Shown: one piece after another, positions 26,996 through 38,273 of the stretch | Layout: every line of letters begins with the position of its first letter | Position numbering within the stretch: position 1 is the first letter of the stretch | From: Pirellulales bacterium | GTDB taxonomy: Bacteria > Planctomycetota > Planctomycetia > Pirellulales > PALSA-1355 | Direction of reading: 5' to 3' | DNA: 64,000 nt | Assembly (NCBI GenBank): GCA_963733035.1 | Contig: CAVTBU010000005.1 | Span: forward strand, 896,001 to 960,000 | Made by a program: the position numbers and the translations under genes | The notes under the pieces: generated by a model | Databases searched by the model: none | What the model was told of the DNA's origin: nothing | What the model saw: only the letters and a program-made list of their open reading frames with translations

Positions 26996-27886
26996 ATGAG
27001 TTCACACCCCGACCCACCACTGACCTACCCCCAGCCTGACAAGGAAGATCCGATTTTGGCGGAGGTGGTGCCGACGGACATCGCGTCGGTGCCTGGACAT
27101 CAGATTCCGTTGACGCCCATCCTGCTGTTTGTGGCATGCTGTGTGAGCACGTACTATGTCCAAAACGCCATCTACGCGTTGGCCGTAATGGGCATTCTCG
27201 TCTGTCATGAAGCGGGCCACTACGTTCAAGCGAGACGTTACCGCGTACCGGCTAGCCTTCCGTACTTTATCCCAATGCCGATTAGTCCAATTGGTACGAT
27301 GGGTGCGGTGATCGCAATGCGCGGTCACATGGGCAATCGAAAGACTTTGTATGACATCGGAATCAGTGGTCCACTAGCGGGACTCGTGCCAACGCTCGTT
27401 TGTTGCTACGTAGGCCTATCGTGGTCGCACGTTGAACCGCTGCCACCGGGCGCCGTAACAGGGCTCCAATTCAACGAACCCCTGCTGTTTCGCTGGATGG
27501 AGCAATGGTTCTTCGGTCCTCTCGATGCGAATCAGGTCGTGTGGGCCCATCCGCTCGCATTCGCTGGCTGGGTGGGTTTGTTAATCACGGCACTCAACTT
27601 GATCCCCATCGGACAACTGGATGGCGGGCATATCCTGTACGCACTCTTGCGTTCGAAGGCCCACATTGTGGCGTGGTTCCTGCTCTTCGCGGCAGGCGCC
27701 GCAATGGTGCTCACCCAACAATACGGCTGGTCGTTGATGCTCGTCCTGTTGGTGCTGATCGGACCTTCACATCCGCCCACGGCGAACGACGAGATGCCCC
27801 TGGGGATTGGCCGTACGATCTTGGGCTGGCTGACCTTGGCGTTCGTCATCATCGGCTTCACGCCGGCCCCGTTCGTCACCTCGTAG
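26996..27886 (+). CDS. Site-2 protease (M50 family) membrane metalloprotease
   Basis: HEAGH, GISGPLAG, NLIPIGQLDGGH. Confidence 0.93.
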   Translation: MSSHPDPPLTYPQPDKEDPILAEVVPTDIASVPGHQIPLTPILLFVACCVSTYYVQNAIYALAVMGILVCHEAGHYVQARRYRVPASLPYFIPMPISPIGTMGAVIAMRGHMGNRKTLYDIGISGPLAGLVPTLVCCYVGLSWSHVEPLPPGAVTGLQFNEPLLFRWMEQWFFGPLDANQVVWAHPLAFAGWVGLLITALNLIPIGQLDGGHILYALLRSKAHIVAWFLLFAAGAAMVLTQQYGWSLMLVLLVLIGPSHPPTANDEMPLGIGRTILGWLTLAFVIIGFTPAPFVTS

Positions 27887-27913
27887 CCAGATTCCCATTG
27901 CGTCCGACTACGA

Positions 27914-30900
27914 CTACGCCGCCTGCGTTTCGTCATCTTCGCCGACCGGCTCGTCGTCGCGGACATTGAGAATCTCGCCGGTCTCGCTCACGTCGTCGAA
28001 GCGGACGCTGACACGCTTCGAGATGCCCGATTCCTGCATCGTCACCCCGTAGAGCGTACTTGCACAGGTCATCGTCTTTTTCGAATGCGTGACGACGATG
28101 AACTGGGTCCAGGCCAAGAACTCTTGCAACACCGTGATGAACCGCTCGATATTGGCCTCGTCGAGCGCGGCGTCGACTTCGTCCAGCACGCAGAACGGAC
28201 TGGGACGGCTGCGGAAGATGGCCAATAGCAACGCCACGCAGGTCAGTGTCTTTTCGCCGCCGCTGAGCAGAGAGATATTGCGCGGCTCCTTGCCCGGCGG
28301 CCGGGCGATAATCTCGATGCCGCTGTCGAGGATGTCGACCCCCTCATCGAGCACAATGTCGGCCTGGCCGCCGCCGAATAATTTGCGGAACAAGGCCTGA
28401 AAGTGCTCTCGCACCACCTCCAGCGTGTCGGCGAAGAGTCGCCGGCTGTCGGCGTTGATCTTGTTGATGATTGCCTCGAGCGACGCCTTGGCGCTCGAAA
28501 GGTCCTGATGTTGACTCGTCAGCGTGTTGAATCGCGTTTCCAACTCATCCAATTCGGCGAGTGCATCGAGGTTCACCCCACCAATGCTATTGAGCTTGCC
28601 GCGCAATTCGCTGATTTCGTTTTCGACCTCGGTCCGTTCCTGCAGTTCCTCGGCCGAGGGTTCATGCTCGAGCATGGCCAGCTCGATACCGTAATCCTCT
28701 CGAAGTCGATCGGCCAGCGTAGTCCGCTCGTGTCGCACTTCTCCGGCGGCAAGCTCCTGAGAGTGCAGTTTGGCTTCCAGCTTGCGAATCTTGCCGCGTA
28801 CGCGTTGGGCTTCGGCCGCGAGTTCGGACTTTCGCTGCCGCCAGTCGTCGCGTTGTTCCTGCTGCAGCACGGCTTCGCCGGCCAACGATTCCTTACGAAG
28901 GTAGAGTTCAGCCAATTCCGACTCTGCCCGCAGAATGTTTCGCTCACAGTCGCGGAGCCTTTCGAGGCTTACCTCGAGCTGCGAACGGCTATCGGCCAGC
29001 GCCCGGCCACGCTCCTGTTGGTCTCGTTCCAATTGGCTGCGCTGGGCTCTCAGGTGCGAGAGCCGCTGCTCGCTCTTGACGACTTCAATTTTGGTCGTGC
29101 CCGCCTCGCGGCTAAAACGTTGCCGCATCTGTTCGAGTTGACTTGCCTTGGCGCCCCCCTCGTGGACGCGGTGTTCCAAGTCGACCATCGTCGCTTCCAC
29201 CTGTCCCAACTTCTGTCGCGTCTCGCCTAGACTCCCAGTGGCCTTCTCGAATTCGGCATCCGAGGCACGAGCTTCAGCTTGGCTGGCGGAGATTTGGCTT
29301 TCAAAATGCATTTGCCGTTGTTCGGCCGACTGGACGGCGGAACGCGCCTGGGACAGTTGCTCGCTCAGTTCCCGAAACTCGCCCGACAAGTGCTGCAGGT
29401 CACGCTCGCCGTCGGCAACCTGCCCGTCAAGTCGACTGCATAGGTTCGCCTGGGCGGTAACCTGTTCGCCCATTTCCGCGATCTGCCGGTGCAAGACCCG
29501 CAATTCACTTCGCCGCGAAATGAGGCCCGTGGTGGAGTGCCGCGGCCCGGCATACACAATCCCATCGGCCGTCAGCATCTCCCCCGCTTGCGTGACGTAG
29601 TCGAGGCCCCGCCCTTCCGCTGCTGAAAGCTGGACCGCGGTGGCGAGATTCTCCACAACCCATGTTCGTCCTAGCAGTCGTTTGGCAAGGGCGGCAAATT
29701 CGGGTTGGCACTCGACGAGCTCGTCGGCCCGCAGCACAACCCCCGGGCGTCCACGCAAATCGATCGCGTCGAGATGCGTTCTAAGGTGCGGAATGTCCAA
29801 ACGGACGAAACCCACGCGACCGGCAAACACAGGCGCCGCGGTAAGATATTCGACCCACGCTCGTCCGTTTGCCACAACCACGCACTGCGCCATTTCGCCC
29901 AGCGCCACCTCCACAAGCGGCGCCGACTCAAGACTTACGTGAAGTAGATCGGCCACCAGGCCGCGCAGCTCTTGCAGGGGCCCGGCCTGGGCACCTTGAG
30001 CTTCGACGAGTAGTTGCTTTACGCCGGCACCAACTCCTTCGAGTCGTTTTTCCAGTTCCTCAAGGACGGCCGCTCGTTCGCTGGCGCCGGTCGCTCGCTC
30101 ACGCAAGTGTGCGAGCTGCTGGTGTGCCTCGGCCGCGGCAGCCCGGTGCTGTCCAAGGGCATTTTGGACGAGTTCGAGCGTTTTTTGCTTATGTCGACAG
30201 GCCTGATTCAATTGGGCCTCGGACGCTTTGACCCCGGCGAGTTCGCCGAGCGCCGTTTCGCGAACCGAGCTCAATTCGTCCAGTCGCTTCTTGATTCGGA
30301 CGCGGGTAGCATCAATGGTGGCCACTTTCGATTCAAGCGCGCTTGTCTGGCTGGCCAGCGCCGACGCCGTTCGCATTTGCTCGAGATGTGCCGCACGGCA
30401 GGCCTCATTCTCGGCGCGAGTTTCGTCGACCTGCGTGGTCAACTTCGTGAGGTTCCGCTCTTCTTCGGCAAGCCGTCGCGCCACTTCACGATGTTCGCTC
30501 TCAGCCGTCGCCAGACTCGCGTCGATCTGACCGATTTGGTGCTGCAAATCAACGGCACGCGTGCTCATCGAGGTCAACTGCCGACGATAACGGGCAACCT
30601 CTTCTTCCAAATCACAAGTGCGGCGACGTTCGTGTTCAATCGACGATTCGTGCGCGGCAATCCGCTCGCGATTCTGCGCGATGCGGGCTTCGCTGGCCCG
30701 CATGGCGGTGTCTGACTCGGCCACCTGCGACTCGAGTGCGAAGGCCTGCGTTTCGAGCGACTCAGCCTCGGCACTGAGCATTAAGTCTTCTTCTTGCGCG
30801 GCCTGCAACTCGCGTTCGAGCTTTTCCAGTTGAACTGAGAGCTTCCGCCAATCGGTCGCACCAATCTGCGTGCGGAGGGATTGAAGGCGATCGGAATACT

Positions 30901-31546
30901 CCTTGTATTTGCGGGCCTTGCTGGCCTGTGCTCTGACGGCCCGAACACGGCTGTCTACCTCGTCGACAATGTCCGATAGCCGCAGGAGATTCTGGTCGAC
31001 GCGTTCGAGCCGTCTGAGGGCCTCAATCTTTTTGGCCTTGAAACGGCTGATTCCAGCGGCTTCCTCGAAAATCAACCGTCGGTCACGCGGCGACGACTGC
31101 AGTAGTACGTCCACCTTGCCCTGTTCGATCACGCTGTAAGCTTCAGTTGCCGCGCCGGTGCCGGCAAACAGGTCGCGTATATCGCGCAGCCGGCAGGGCT
31201 GACGGTTGATCAGGTACTCGCCTTCGCCACTACGATAAACACGGCGGGTAATGTGAACTTCGGCCGCATCGACAGCCAACAGGCGATTCGCATTGTTGAA
31301 GGTGAGCGTGGTTTCCGCCGAATTGAGAGCTCGCCGAGAGGCGGATCCATTGAAGATGACGTCGGCCATCTCCTTGCCACGCAGGCTCTTGACGCTTTGT
31401 TCGCCGAGCACCCACTTGATGGCGTCGACGATATTGCTCTTACCCGAGCCATTGGGACCCACCACCACGGTGATGCCGGGGGGAAACTCGAGCCGCGTTT
31501 TGTCGGCGAAACTCTTGAAGCCGACGAGTTCGAGCGCCTTAAGCAT
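27914..31546 (-). CDS. smc: Chromosome segregation protein SMC
   Basis: [14 protein letters not shown], long coiled coils with hinge, [16 protein letters not shown]. Confidence 0.97.
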   Translation of the reverse strand: MLKALELVGFKSFADKTRLEFPPGITVVVGPNGSGKSNIVDAIKWVLGEQSVKSLRGKEMADVIFNGSASRRALNSAETTLTFNNANRLLAVDAAEVHITRRVYRSGEGEYLINRQPCRLRDIRDLFAGTGAATEAYSVIEQGKVDVLLQSSPRDRRLIFEEAAGISRFKAKKIEALRRLERVDQNLLRLSDIVDEVDSRVRAVRAQASKARKYKEYSDRLQSLRTQIGATDWRKLSVQLEKLERELQAAQEEDLMLSAEAESLETQAFALESQVAESDTAMRASEARIAQNRERIAAHESSIEHERRRTCDLEEEVARYRRQLTSMSTRAVDLQHQIGQIDASLATAESEHREVARRLAEEERNLTKLTTQVDETRAENEACRAAHLEQMRTASALASQTSALESKVATIDATRVRIKKRLDELSSVRETALGELAGVKASEAQLNQACRHKQKTLELVQNALGQHRAAAAEAHQQLAHLRERATGASERAAVLEELEKRLEGVGAGVKQLLVEAQGAQAGPLQELRGLVADLLHVSLESAPLVEVALGEMAQCVVVANGRAWVEYLTAAPVFAGRVGFVRLDIPHLRTHLDAIDLRGRPGVVLRADELVECQPEFAALAKRLLGRTWVVENLATAVQLSAAEGRGLDYVTQAGEMLTADGIVYAGPRHSTTGLISRRSELRVLHRQIAEMGEQVTAQANLCSRLDGQVADGERDLQHLSGEFRELSEQLSQARSAVQSAEQRQMHFESQISASQAEARASDAEFEKATGSLGETRQKLGQVEATMVDLEHRVHEGGAKASQLEQMRQRFSREAGTTKIEVVKSEQRLSHLRAQRSQLERDQQERGRALADSRSQLEVSLERLRDCERNILRAESELAELYLRKESLAGEAVLQQEQRDDWRQRKSELAAEAQRVRGKIRKLEAKLHSQELAAGEVRHERTTLADRLREDYGIELAMLEHEPSAEELQERTEVENEISELRGKLNSIGGVNLDALAELDELETRFNTLTSQHQDLSSAKASLEAIINKINADSRRLFADTLEVVREHFQALFRKLFGGGQADIVLDEGVDILDSGIEIIARPPGKEPRNISLLSGGEKTLTCVALLLAIFRSRPSPFCVLDEVDAALDEANIERFITVLQEFLAWTQFIVVTHSKKTMTCASTLYGVTMQESGISKRVSVRFDDVSETGEILNVRDDEPVGEDDETQAA

Positions 31547-31733
31547 GAGGGAAGCGTGGGGTGCGTGAGCGGAACCGGAACGGGTCGACCAAGTCTTGGG
31601 CAGCTCGTGTTTCAGAGGCTACCCCAGCAGCCAACAGACATTCCATTTTACCAAGAAATGCCCCCGAAGACTGGTCCGGTTTTGCCACCAATTCCCCGGA
31701 AAAGAGTTTTCGGATCGGACCCTCGTTTCGGTG

Positions 31734-33434
31734 CTAGCGGCTGTTTTTGCGCTTGCGGCCCAGGAATAGTTCCGGCAGCGGATTGGCGGCAACGATGTGC
31801 TCTGTTGTGCCCGCTTTTTCCCCGGCCAATATCTCCTTGTGCTGGTAGGTTCGGTCCTCCTCCGGTAAGGCATCGACCTCGAACCGTGCCCGCAGGGCCC
31901 CGGACGACTTGGCGGCTTGCAGGGCCTGGACGACGTCGGGATAGGTGCCGCCGAGTTCGACGATCGCCCGCACCACGTCGTCGACCTTGGTGCTAACTAC
32001 GCGTTTCTGGTCCGGCTGCCGGACGTCAAAACGGCTGACGGTGACCTTGCCGGCGGTTCCCTTGACGAGAATTGATTTGCCGGCTTCGAGTACGAACGGG
32101 GCAGCGAGCGTCTGTTCGTGGCCGAACACGACGACTTCAGGCCGGAAGCTGCGGGTCACATGGATCATGGCCGGACCAGTCGTGTTGAGCACGTGGTAGC
32201 TGAACTGTCCCGCGAGGTTCTCGCCACGAATGAGCGGGTCGGCCGGGTTCATAGCCCAAAGTGCGCGGAAGGCGCCGTAGCGTGTTTCCGAACTGGGCAC
32301 TTCGAGCAGACTTAACAGTTCGTCGTGGGCTGCCATATCGGCCATCGAACTGAGCGCGGCCAACGCATATGCGCGGAAGGCCGGCTCCTCGCGAGCGGCA
32401 CGCGCCAACGGGGCCGCGGCGCGGTTGTCATCAAGATAGGCCAAGGCTTCGGCGGCATAGAACCGCACTTCCGGATCGCTGCTTTCGATACCCTTGGCAA
32501 GCGCCTCGACACCTTCGCGGCCGATCGCCTCGAGTCGCAATGCCGCGGTCGCGGCGGTGATCGGATCCAGCAATTGACGCTCGAGTAGTCCCACTCGCAG
32601 GCTTTGCTCGGCCGGCGATTCTTTGAGCGGAATCGATCGCAGCACAAGAATATAGCGGACGATGTTGTCCTTGTACCGGGGATGTATCTTAAGGTCGATT
32701 CGCTCGTCGGTCTTGGGGCTCGCCACTCCCTGCTTGATGCCGCGCGAGAATGTGTGAAACCGCTGATTGATCGCTTGGCCAATTTGCGCGGCCAGACGAA
32801 CAGACTTGTCCTCAGGACCAATGAACAGGCCGATGTCTCGCGAACGAAGCGCCGTGCCGCCGCCCAGCACGCGGCCGCGAACCAACAACACACGGTCCTT
32901 CTCGCCGTTTGCTGAGGGATCAACTAGCACGGGTCCCTCGCCGCTGGCCAGGTAGTGACCTTCGCGAATCGTCCCGCCCAGAATTGCCATCTGGGTGAGC
33001 CGGGTCTCCATCAGCCAACCGCCGCGCAAACTAGCCGTTTCGCTGTGAACAGGCACTTGTACTTCCAGGTCGAACCGATCCCCTTTCTGAACCCCTGGGG
33101 GTAGGAAGCCACGGACCAAAACCAGGGCCGTCGATGGCGCGGCAAGAAGTTGATTCGGATTCTGCACGCCGATGGTTTGCAATTCGTGTAGCAACGCCGC
33201 GCGCTGTGCCGAGGGGGCCGGGTCCTCGCCCGTACTATCCAGGCAGGTGATCAGTGCTACCGACTCGACCTTGACGGAGTCGTGGCCGAACGGCCGGGCC
33301 ACGTCGCCAACGAGCTTCGTCCGCGATTCCAGCACATCGGCCAAGCCTTCCGGGCTCTGCGAGCGCAGACTGGGCGTAGCGCACCCGCTGAACGCAAGAA
33401 CTCCCAAAAGCAGCCAGGCGTAGCAAGGCTTCAT
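31734..33434 (-). CDS. FlgI (P-ring)-like lipoprotein with HEAT-like repeats, planctomycete type
   Basis: Lipobox AFSGC, LDSTG, ALVLVRGFLPPG..KGDRFD, SLRGGWL (FlgI-like), then helical repeats EVRFYAAEALAYL. Start 33434 or 33488. Confidence 0.75.
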   Translation of the reverse strand: MKPCYAWLLLGVLAFSGCATPSLRSQSPEGLADVLESRTKLVGDVARPFGHDSVKVESVALITCLDSTGEDPAPSAQRAALLHELQTIGVQNPNQLLAAPSTALVLVRGFLPPGVQKGDRFDLEVQVPVHSETASLRGGWLMETRLTQMAILGGTIREGHYLASGEGPVLVDPSANGEKDRVLLVRGRVLGGGTALRSRDIGLFIGPEDKSVRLAAQIGQAINQRFHTFSRGIKQGVASPKTDERIDLKIHPRYKDNIVRYILVLRSIPLKESPAEQSLRVGLLERQLLDPITAATAALRLEAIGREGVEALAKGIESSDPEVRFYAAEALAYLDDNRAAAPLARAAREEPAFRAYALAALSSMADMAAHDELLSLLEVPSSETRYGAFRALWAMNPADPLIRGENLAGQFSYHVLNTTGPAMIHVTRSFRPEVVVFGHEQTLAAPFVLEAGKSILVKGTAGKVTVSRFDVRQPDQKRVVSTKVDDVVRAIVELGGTYPDVVQALQAAKSSGALRARFEVDALPEEDRTYQHKEILAGEKAGTTEHIVAANPLPELFLGRKRKNSR

Positions 33435-33650
33435 GCCGTGCTCCGTAGGTTGTCCCGGCGAGGTCACATCTCGGGTGCTTCCATCCACCCCGCTCGAGAC
33501 GTGGTCTTTTCGCCGCGAGAAACACTCGAACGAGCTTCTCGGAAAACGAAACTAATATGACGAGGGCGGGAGAATAGGGACGGGCGTTGGAACGGTCAAG
33601 ACCGGTTCGTGCCGTAAGCAACTGTCGAGACTCACTGAGTGAGAGTGGTC

Positions 33651-33938
33651 TCAAGGTGGATCGTAACCGCCTGTACAGAACGGATGACAGCGGGCCAGGC
33701 GGCAAATCCCCCGCCAGCCGCCCCGTGCAAAGCCGTATTTCCGCACTGCCCCGATCATGTAGTTGCTGCAAGTCGGCTGAAAGCGGCAGCTTCGCCCAAC
33801 GATCGGGCTAAGCGTAATCTGGTAAAGTCGCACGGCGGCGATCAATAGCCAAGCTGGCAGTTCGCGAATCGTGGCCCAGAGAAAGTGCATGCAACGCTCG
33901 CACCAGATAGCCATACCAGGCGGGCTGACGAACTCCAC
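33651..33938 (-). CDS. yidD: Membrane protein insertion efficiency factor
   Basis: YQITLSP..CRFQPTCSNY...RCHPF..GGYDPP. Confidence 0.95.
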   Translation of the reverse strand: MEFVSPPGMAIWCERCMHFLWATIRELPAWLLIAAVRLYQITLSPIVGRSCRFQPTCSNYMIGAVRKYGFARGGWRGICRLARCHPFCTGGYDPP

Positions 33939-33977
33939 CAGAGCCCTTCGCCATTATACCGTTTGGCACGTCACGCT

Positions 33978-34337
33978 TTAGTCCAGTCGTCCGCTAGCTC
34001 GATTCGTCAGTCGGACCAGCGATTCCTGCAGTTTACCCAGACGAAAATTGCCGCCGCGGGGAATCAGGACCAGATCGATGTTCGCGGGTAGTCTCGTCCG
34101 CGATAAGCGAAACGCCTCGCGGAGCAACCGCTTCCAGCGATTGCGTACGACGGCCCCACCGTGCTTCCGTGAAACTGAAAGTCCCAAACGAGGATAACCC
34201 AAATGATTGCGGGCAACGAACACCAGGAGCCGCGAATCTGATGCCGAGACTCGGCGATCGTACACTCGCTTGAAGTCCAAGCTCCGCCGCAGATGAAATT
34301 TGGGCAAAAATCGTTCGGACGTGATGGGGTCGTTCAT
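33978..34337 (-). CDS. rnpA: Ribonuclease P protein component
   Basis: RLGLSVSRKHGGAVVRNRWKRLLREAFR (RNR motif). Confidence 0.95.
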   Translation of the reverse strand: MNDPITSERFLPKFHLRRSLDFKRVYDRRVSASDSRLLVFVARNHLGYPRLGLSVSRKHGGAVVRNRWKRLLREAFRLSRTRLPANIDLVLIPRGGNFRLGKLQESLVRLTNRASGRLD

Positions 34338-34352
34338 TCGGGTCGTTCATTC
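34327..34352. repeat. 13-bp tandem duplication at the rnpA start
   Basis: GGGTCGTTCATTC twice (34327-34339, 34340-34352). Confidence 0.9.
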
Positions 34353-34652
34353 GGGGTCGCGAGCTCGCGGGGGAGGGTCGCGGGGAACAAGCGGCTTGCG
34401 ATACCAATCGTCTTCTCGAAGCGGCGTGGGACCATGCGATTTGCGAACTTCACGCAACACATACCTTCCCGCGACAATCGCTAAACCGATCAGCGCCAAC
34501 CCCACGACTAAGAGCGCCAACAGGGCCAGCATCACTCGAGCGCGGTTCACTGGAGTCAACCGCACGAGCAATGGCTCGGCTTTTTCATTGGTCCATGCCA
34601 GCCGTTCGCCGACAGCTGCCTGGAGCATCGAAATCTTTTCGCCCGTTACCAT
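34347..34652 (-). CDS. Hypothetical single-pass membrane protein
   Basis: About 100 aa with [25 protein letters not shown] and DDWYRKPL; fills the gap between the DnaJ-class gene and rnpA, overlapping the DnaJ stop. Confidence 0.65.
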   Translation of the reverse strand: MVTGEKISMLQAAVGERLAWTNEKAEPLLVRLTPVNRARVMLALLALLVVGLALIGLAIVAGRYVLREVRKSHGPTPLREDDWYRKPLVPRDPPPRARDPE

Positions 34653-35617
34653 CGCAAATCCCGCCGCGGCTCCTGAGGGTGCGCATCGGCGGCATGCTCG
34701 TCCAATTTCTTGATCAGTTCCACGCACTCCTCGTCGAGCGGAGTGGGAAGCACAATTTGAATCTCGGCATAGAGGTCGCCCGGCTCGCCATTCGGAGGCG
34801 CGACGCCGTGTCCTTTGACCCGCAGCCTTTTCCCGCTGGACGCGCCCGGTGGAATCCGCAGCGCGATCGTTCCCTTGGGCGTTGGCACGTCGACCTTGGC
34901 ACCCAAAGCCGCTTCGGCCAACGTGACTGGCACGCGTACTTCCAAATTGTTGCCGTGCCGTCGAAACCACGGATGTGGCGAAACGTGAATCGTAATTAGG
35001 ATGTCACCCGGCGTGCCGTCGGATACCGATTCACCCTGCCCTCGCAACCGAATCTTCTTTCCTTCGTCAATTCCAGGTGGAATTTTCACGGACAGTGTCT
35101 CGACTTTGCCGTTGCCACGCTGTAACGAGATTTGAGCTTGACCGCCCATCACAGCCGTATGAAACGGAATCTCAAGCTCCGTCGCCAAGTCCGAGCCACG
35201 AACGGGAGCCTGGGGCGCTGCTCGACGACTCCGGGCTCCACCCCGGCGAAACTGCGTGAAGATGTCGCCAAACATCCCGGCAGGATCTTCGCCTCCATAC
35301 CGCTGACCGAACAGTTCGCTGAAATCGATTTCCTCGGCCCCAGGGCCTGCGCCCCACGTGGTGCGTCCTCCGCGCGGTCCAGCACCGGCTCCCATCGATT
35401 CGAACGAACTACCGTACCGGTCGTAAAGTTCCCGTTTGCTCGGATCGTTTAGTACATCGAACGCGCGCTGCACTTCCTGAAATTTGGTCTTGGCGGTCTT
35501 GTCATCGGGGTTGAGGTCGGGGTGATACTTGCGGGCCAGCTTCCGATAAGCTTTCTGAATATCGGCCGCCGAGGCGTCCCGTCCCACGCCCAATGTTTTG
35601 TAGTAATCTTCGGCCAT
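34646..35617 (-). CDS. DnaJ-class chaperone lacking the zinc finger (CbpA-like)
   Basis: J domain with HPD, G/F region, C-terminal domains; no CxxCxGxG repeats. Confidence 0.93.
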   Translation of the reverse strand: MAEDYYKTLGVGRDASAADIQKAYRKLARKYHPDLNPDDKTAKTKFQEVQRAFDVLNDPSKRELYDRYGSSFESMGAGAGPRGGRTTWGAGPGAEEIDFSELFGQRYGGEDPAGMFGDIFTQFRRGGARSRRAAPQAPVRGSDLATELEIPFHTAVMGGQAQISLQRGNGKVETLSVKIPPGIDEGKKIRLRGQGESVSDGTPGDILITIHVSPHPWFRRHGNNLEVRVPVTLAEAALGAKVDVPTPKGTIALRIPPGASSGKRLRVKGHGVAPPNGEPGDLYAEIQIVLPTPLDEECVELIKKLDEHAADAHPQEPRRDLRW

Positions 35618-35841
35618 TCCACCGCCACCGTATGCCTACCGGGCACGATTCTTGGTTCGACGTCAAGTCGAGCGAACCTGCTCGCGACAAGACCAGCTTG
35701 CCGGTTCTCCGCTATTTTACGGCTCGTGCCCGCAAGGCATCAAGCCGCCCCGAATATCGAGAATTCAGCTTCCGCAACGTTCGTACGGAAGGATGCTACA
35801 TTTGAAACATACACCCCTGTCTGCCCGCCACAATTCCACGC

Positions 35842-37386
35842 ATGGGAATCCGAATCATGCTGCGTGCATTGGCCGTCGTCTTGGTTGTACTGCCCTGGAC
35901 CCACGGTCTGACCGCCACCGCGGCGGGCGTCGGCGGCACTTTAACAGTCGAAGTTGTCGATCACGAGACCAAACAGCCACTCGCCTGCCGAATGCACTTG
36001 AAGAATTCGGCCGGCAAGGCGCTCAAGGCCCCGCGTGTGCCGTTCTGGCACGACCATTTTGTCTTTGACGGCAAGATTGCACTTAAATTACCGCAGGGCC
36101 AGTATGAGTTCACTATCGAACGCGGGCTGGAGTATCTTACCCAAACCGGGCGGTTTACGATCAAAAACTTTTCAAAGGATACGACCGTTGTCGAATTAAA
36201 GCGCTTCGCCGACATGGCTTCCGAAGGCTGGTGGTCTGGCGACATCGACGCCGCACGAGCGGCCTCTGACCTGGAACTGCTCATGCGTGCAGATGACTTG
36301 CATGTCGTAGAACTGATCACGTGGCCAGGTCGAAGCGCATTGCTCCCAAAGAAACCGATCGCCAACAACCCGTTGGTCCAATTCGACACGAATCGGTTCT
36401 ACCATTTATCGGCCGGCATTGACGCTCGGGGGGGAGGCACACTGCTGTTTTACAATCTGCCCCAGCCGCTCGATTTGGGCGGACTCAAGCCAGAATTCCC
36501 GCCACAACAGGACATAATCGCCGAGGCCAAGTCGCACTCGAGTGCCTGGGTGAATGCCCAAAAGGCATACGGTTGGGACGTACCGTTGTGGGTCGTCGGC
36601 GGACTTCTAGATTCGGTTCAAGTCATCAACAGCGACTTGCAGCGTTCGGGTTCGGTCGGCCGCGAATTCGACGGCAAGCCCCGTAGCGAATTGCTTTATC
36701 CCGGAAACAGCGGTGCCGGTCGTTGGTCAGAAGATATTTACTACCACCTGCTCAACTGCGGATTGAGAATTCCTCCGACCGCGGGCAGTGGCTCGGGCGA
36801 AGTTCCCAACCCCTTGGGCTACAACCGGATGTACGTGCACGTCGACGGCGAACTGACCTACGAGAAATGGTGGGAAGCGGTACGTGCCGGTCGGGTCGTT
36901 ATTACGAACGGTCCTCTTCTTCGTCCAAGCGTCGAGGGGGAAGTGCCCGGCTTCATTTTTCGTGCCGAGCAGGGTCAGGAAGTTGAACTCGAGGTCGGCC
37001 TGACGTTGTCGACGCAAGATCGGATCTCGTATGTGGACGTCCTCAAGAACGGCGAACTCGACCAGCAAGTGCGGGTCGAAGATCTCGTTCAAGCAGGTGG
37101 AAGGTTACCACCGGTCGTATTTCGCCAGAGCGGGTGGCTCCTAATCCGGACAGCGGCCGAGGTGCCTGGTACGTACCGCTATGCCATGACCGCCCCCTAC
37201 TATGTTGAAATTGGTGGTACGCCACGCATCAGCAAAGCATCCTGCGAGTTCTTTCTCGACTGGGTGCGGGAGCGTTCGGCGAAGATCAACCTCGCTGACT
37301 CCGTACAGCGTGAGGCCGTGCTCAAGTATCACCGTCAGGCCGAGACTTTCTGGCGTGAACGGGCGGAGCAAGCGAACGCACCCTAG
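35842..37386 (+). CDS. Secreted CehA/McbA-like (PHP-fold) metallohydrolase homolog
   Basis: Signal peptide, ERGLEY, GWWSGD, YYHLLNCGLRIPPTAGS, GYNRMYV, TNGPLL, AMTAPYYV. Confidence 0.65.
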   Translation: MGIRIMLRALAVVLVVLPWTHGLTATAAGVGGTLTVEVVDHETKQPLACRMHLKNSAGKALKAPRVPFWHDHFVFDGKIALKLPQGQYEFTIERGLEYLTQTGRFTIKNFSKDTTVVELKRFADMASEGWWSGDIDAARAASDLELLMRADDLHVVELITWPGRSALLPKKPIANNPLVQFDTNRFYHLSAGIDARGGGTLLFYNLPQPLDLGGLKPEFPPQQDIIAEAKSHSSAWVNAQKAYGWDVPLWVVGGLLDSVQVINSDLQRSGSVGREFDGKPRSELLYPGNSGAGRWSEDIYYHLLNCGLRIPPTAGSGSGEVPNPLGYNRMYVHVDGELTYEKWWEAVRAGRVVITNGPLLRPSVEGEVPGFIFRAEQGQEVELEVGLTLSTQDRISYVDVLKNGELDQQVRVEDLVQAGGRLPPVVFRQSGWLLIRTAAEVPGTYRYAMTAPYYVEIGGTPRISKASCEFFLDWVRERSAKINLADSVQREAVLKYHRQAETFWRERAEQANAP

Positions 37387-37593
37387 AGTCGTCTCTGCCA
37401 TCTAGATAGGGGCTGATTGTCGCATGAGCAAATTGGGAGCCCAGCAGTGATGGATCACCCTTCGCCTGCTTTCTGCTAAAATCAGAGGCCGATTGACTTG
37501 CACTCCAAGCTCTAAGCGATCAGCATACAGGCGGAAGCACTACGTTTCCGGGGGCAACGATCGGTCGGGAACGCTGGTCGCGGGAGCCGAGCG

Positions 37594-38273
37594 ATGGATT
37601 CTTCCACCAGGGCCAGCAGAAACTCTTTGGGAATGTGGAGCGGTGCGCTTCCAGCCGACCCGTTGGCACCCGATATTTTGGCGGCACAGCGTGGTTGCGA
37701 GGACGCCCTGGGAAGACTGTTTGACGCCTATCGCAATTATCTGCTGAAGGTTGCCAACCAGGTGCTTCCCACACACGTGCGCGGGAAGTTTGGACCGTCG
37801 GATGTCGTTCAGGAAACGCTGCTTCAACTCGGTCGCGATTTCGCCGAGTTCCACGGTTCTAGCGAGGCCGAGTTAAAGGTTTGGATGCGCGAGTCACTGC
37901 TGCGCCATGCCCGCAACATGACCCGCAATTATACCCGTACGAAGATGCGGCAATTGACCCGCGAAGTTCCCCTGGAGGACGCCGACAGGAGCGAACCAAT
38001 CTCATTGGTCGATGACGGCCCTGCTTCGCCGCCCGCCCGACTGTTGGCGGGCGAAGAGGCGGCCGCTTTGGTGGCGGCTCTCGCGCGACTACCCGAAGCG
38101 CATCGCCGAGTCATAGTGCTCCGGCATTGGGAAGGTTGGTCGTTTCTGCAAATAGGAGAAGTCCTGGGACGAAGCGACGACGCGGCACGCAAATTGTGGC
38201 GCGGGCGCTCCTAATGTTGAAGGAAGAGATGCCGAACGACCAGGAATCTCGACGCGAGGCTACCAATGGATGA
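37594..38273 (+). CDS. ECF sigma-70 factor, planctomycete type (frameshift near 38188)
   Basis: YRNYL, SDVVQET, LARLPEAHRRVIVLR, EVLGRS. Adding one G gives KLWARALLMLKEE... ending at TGA 38273, overlapping the kinase ATG. Confidence 0.88.
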
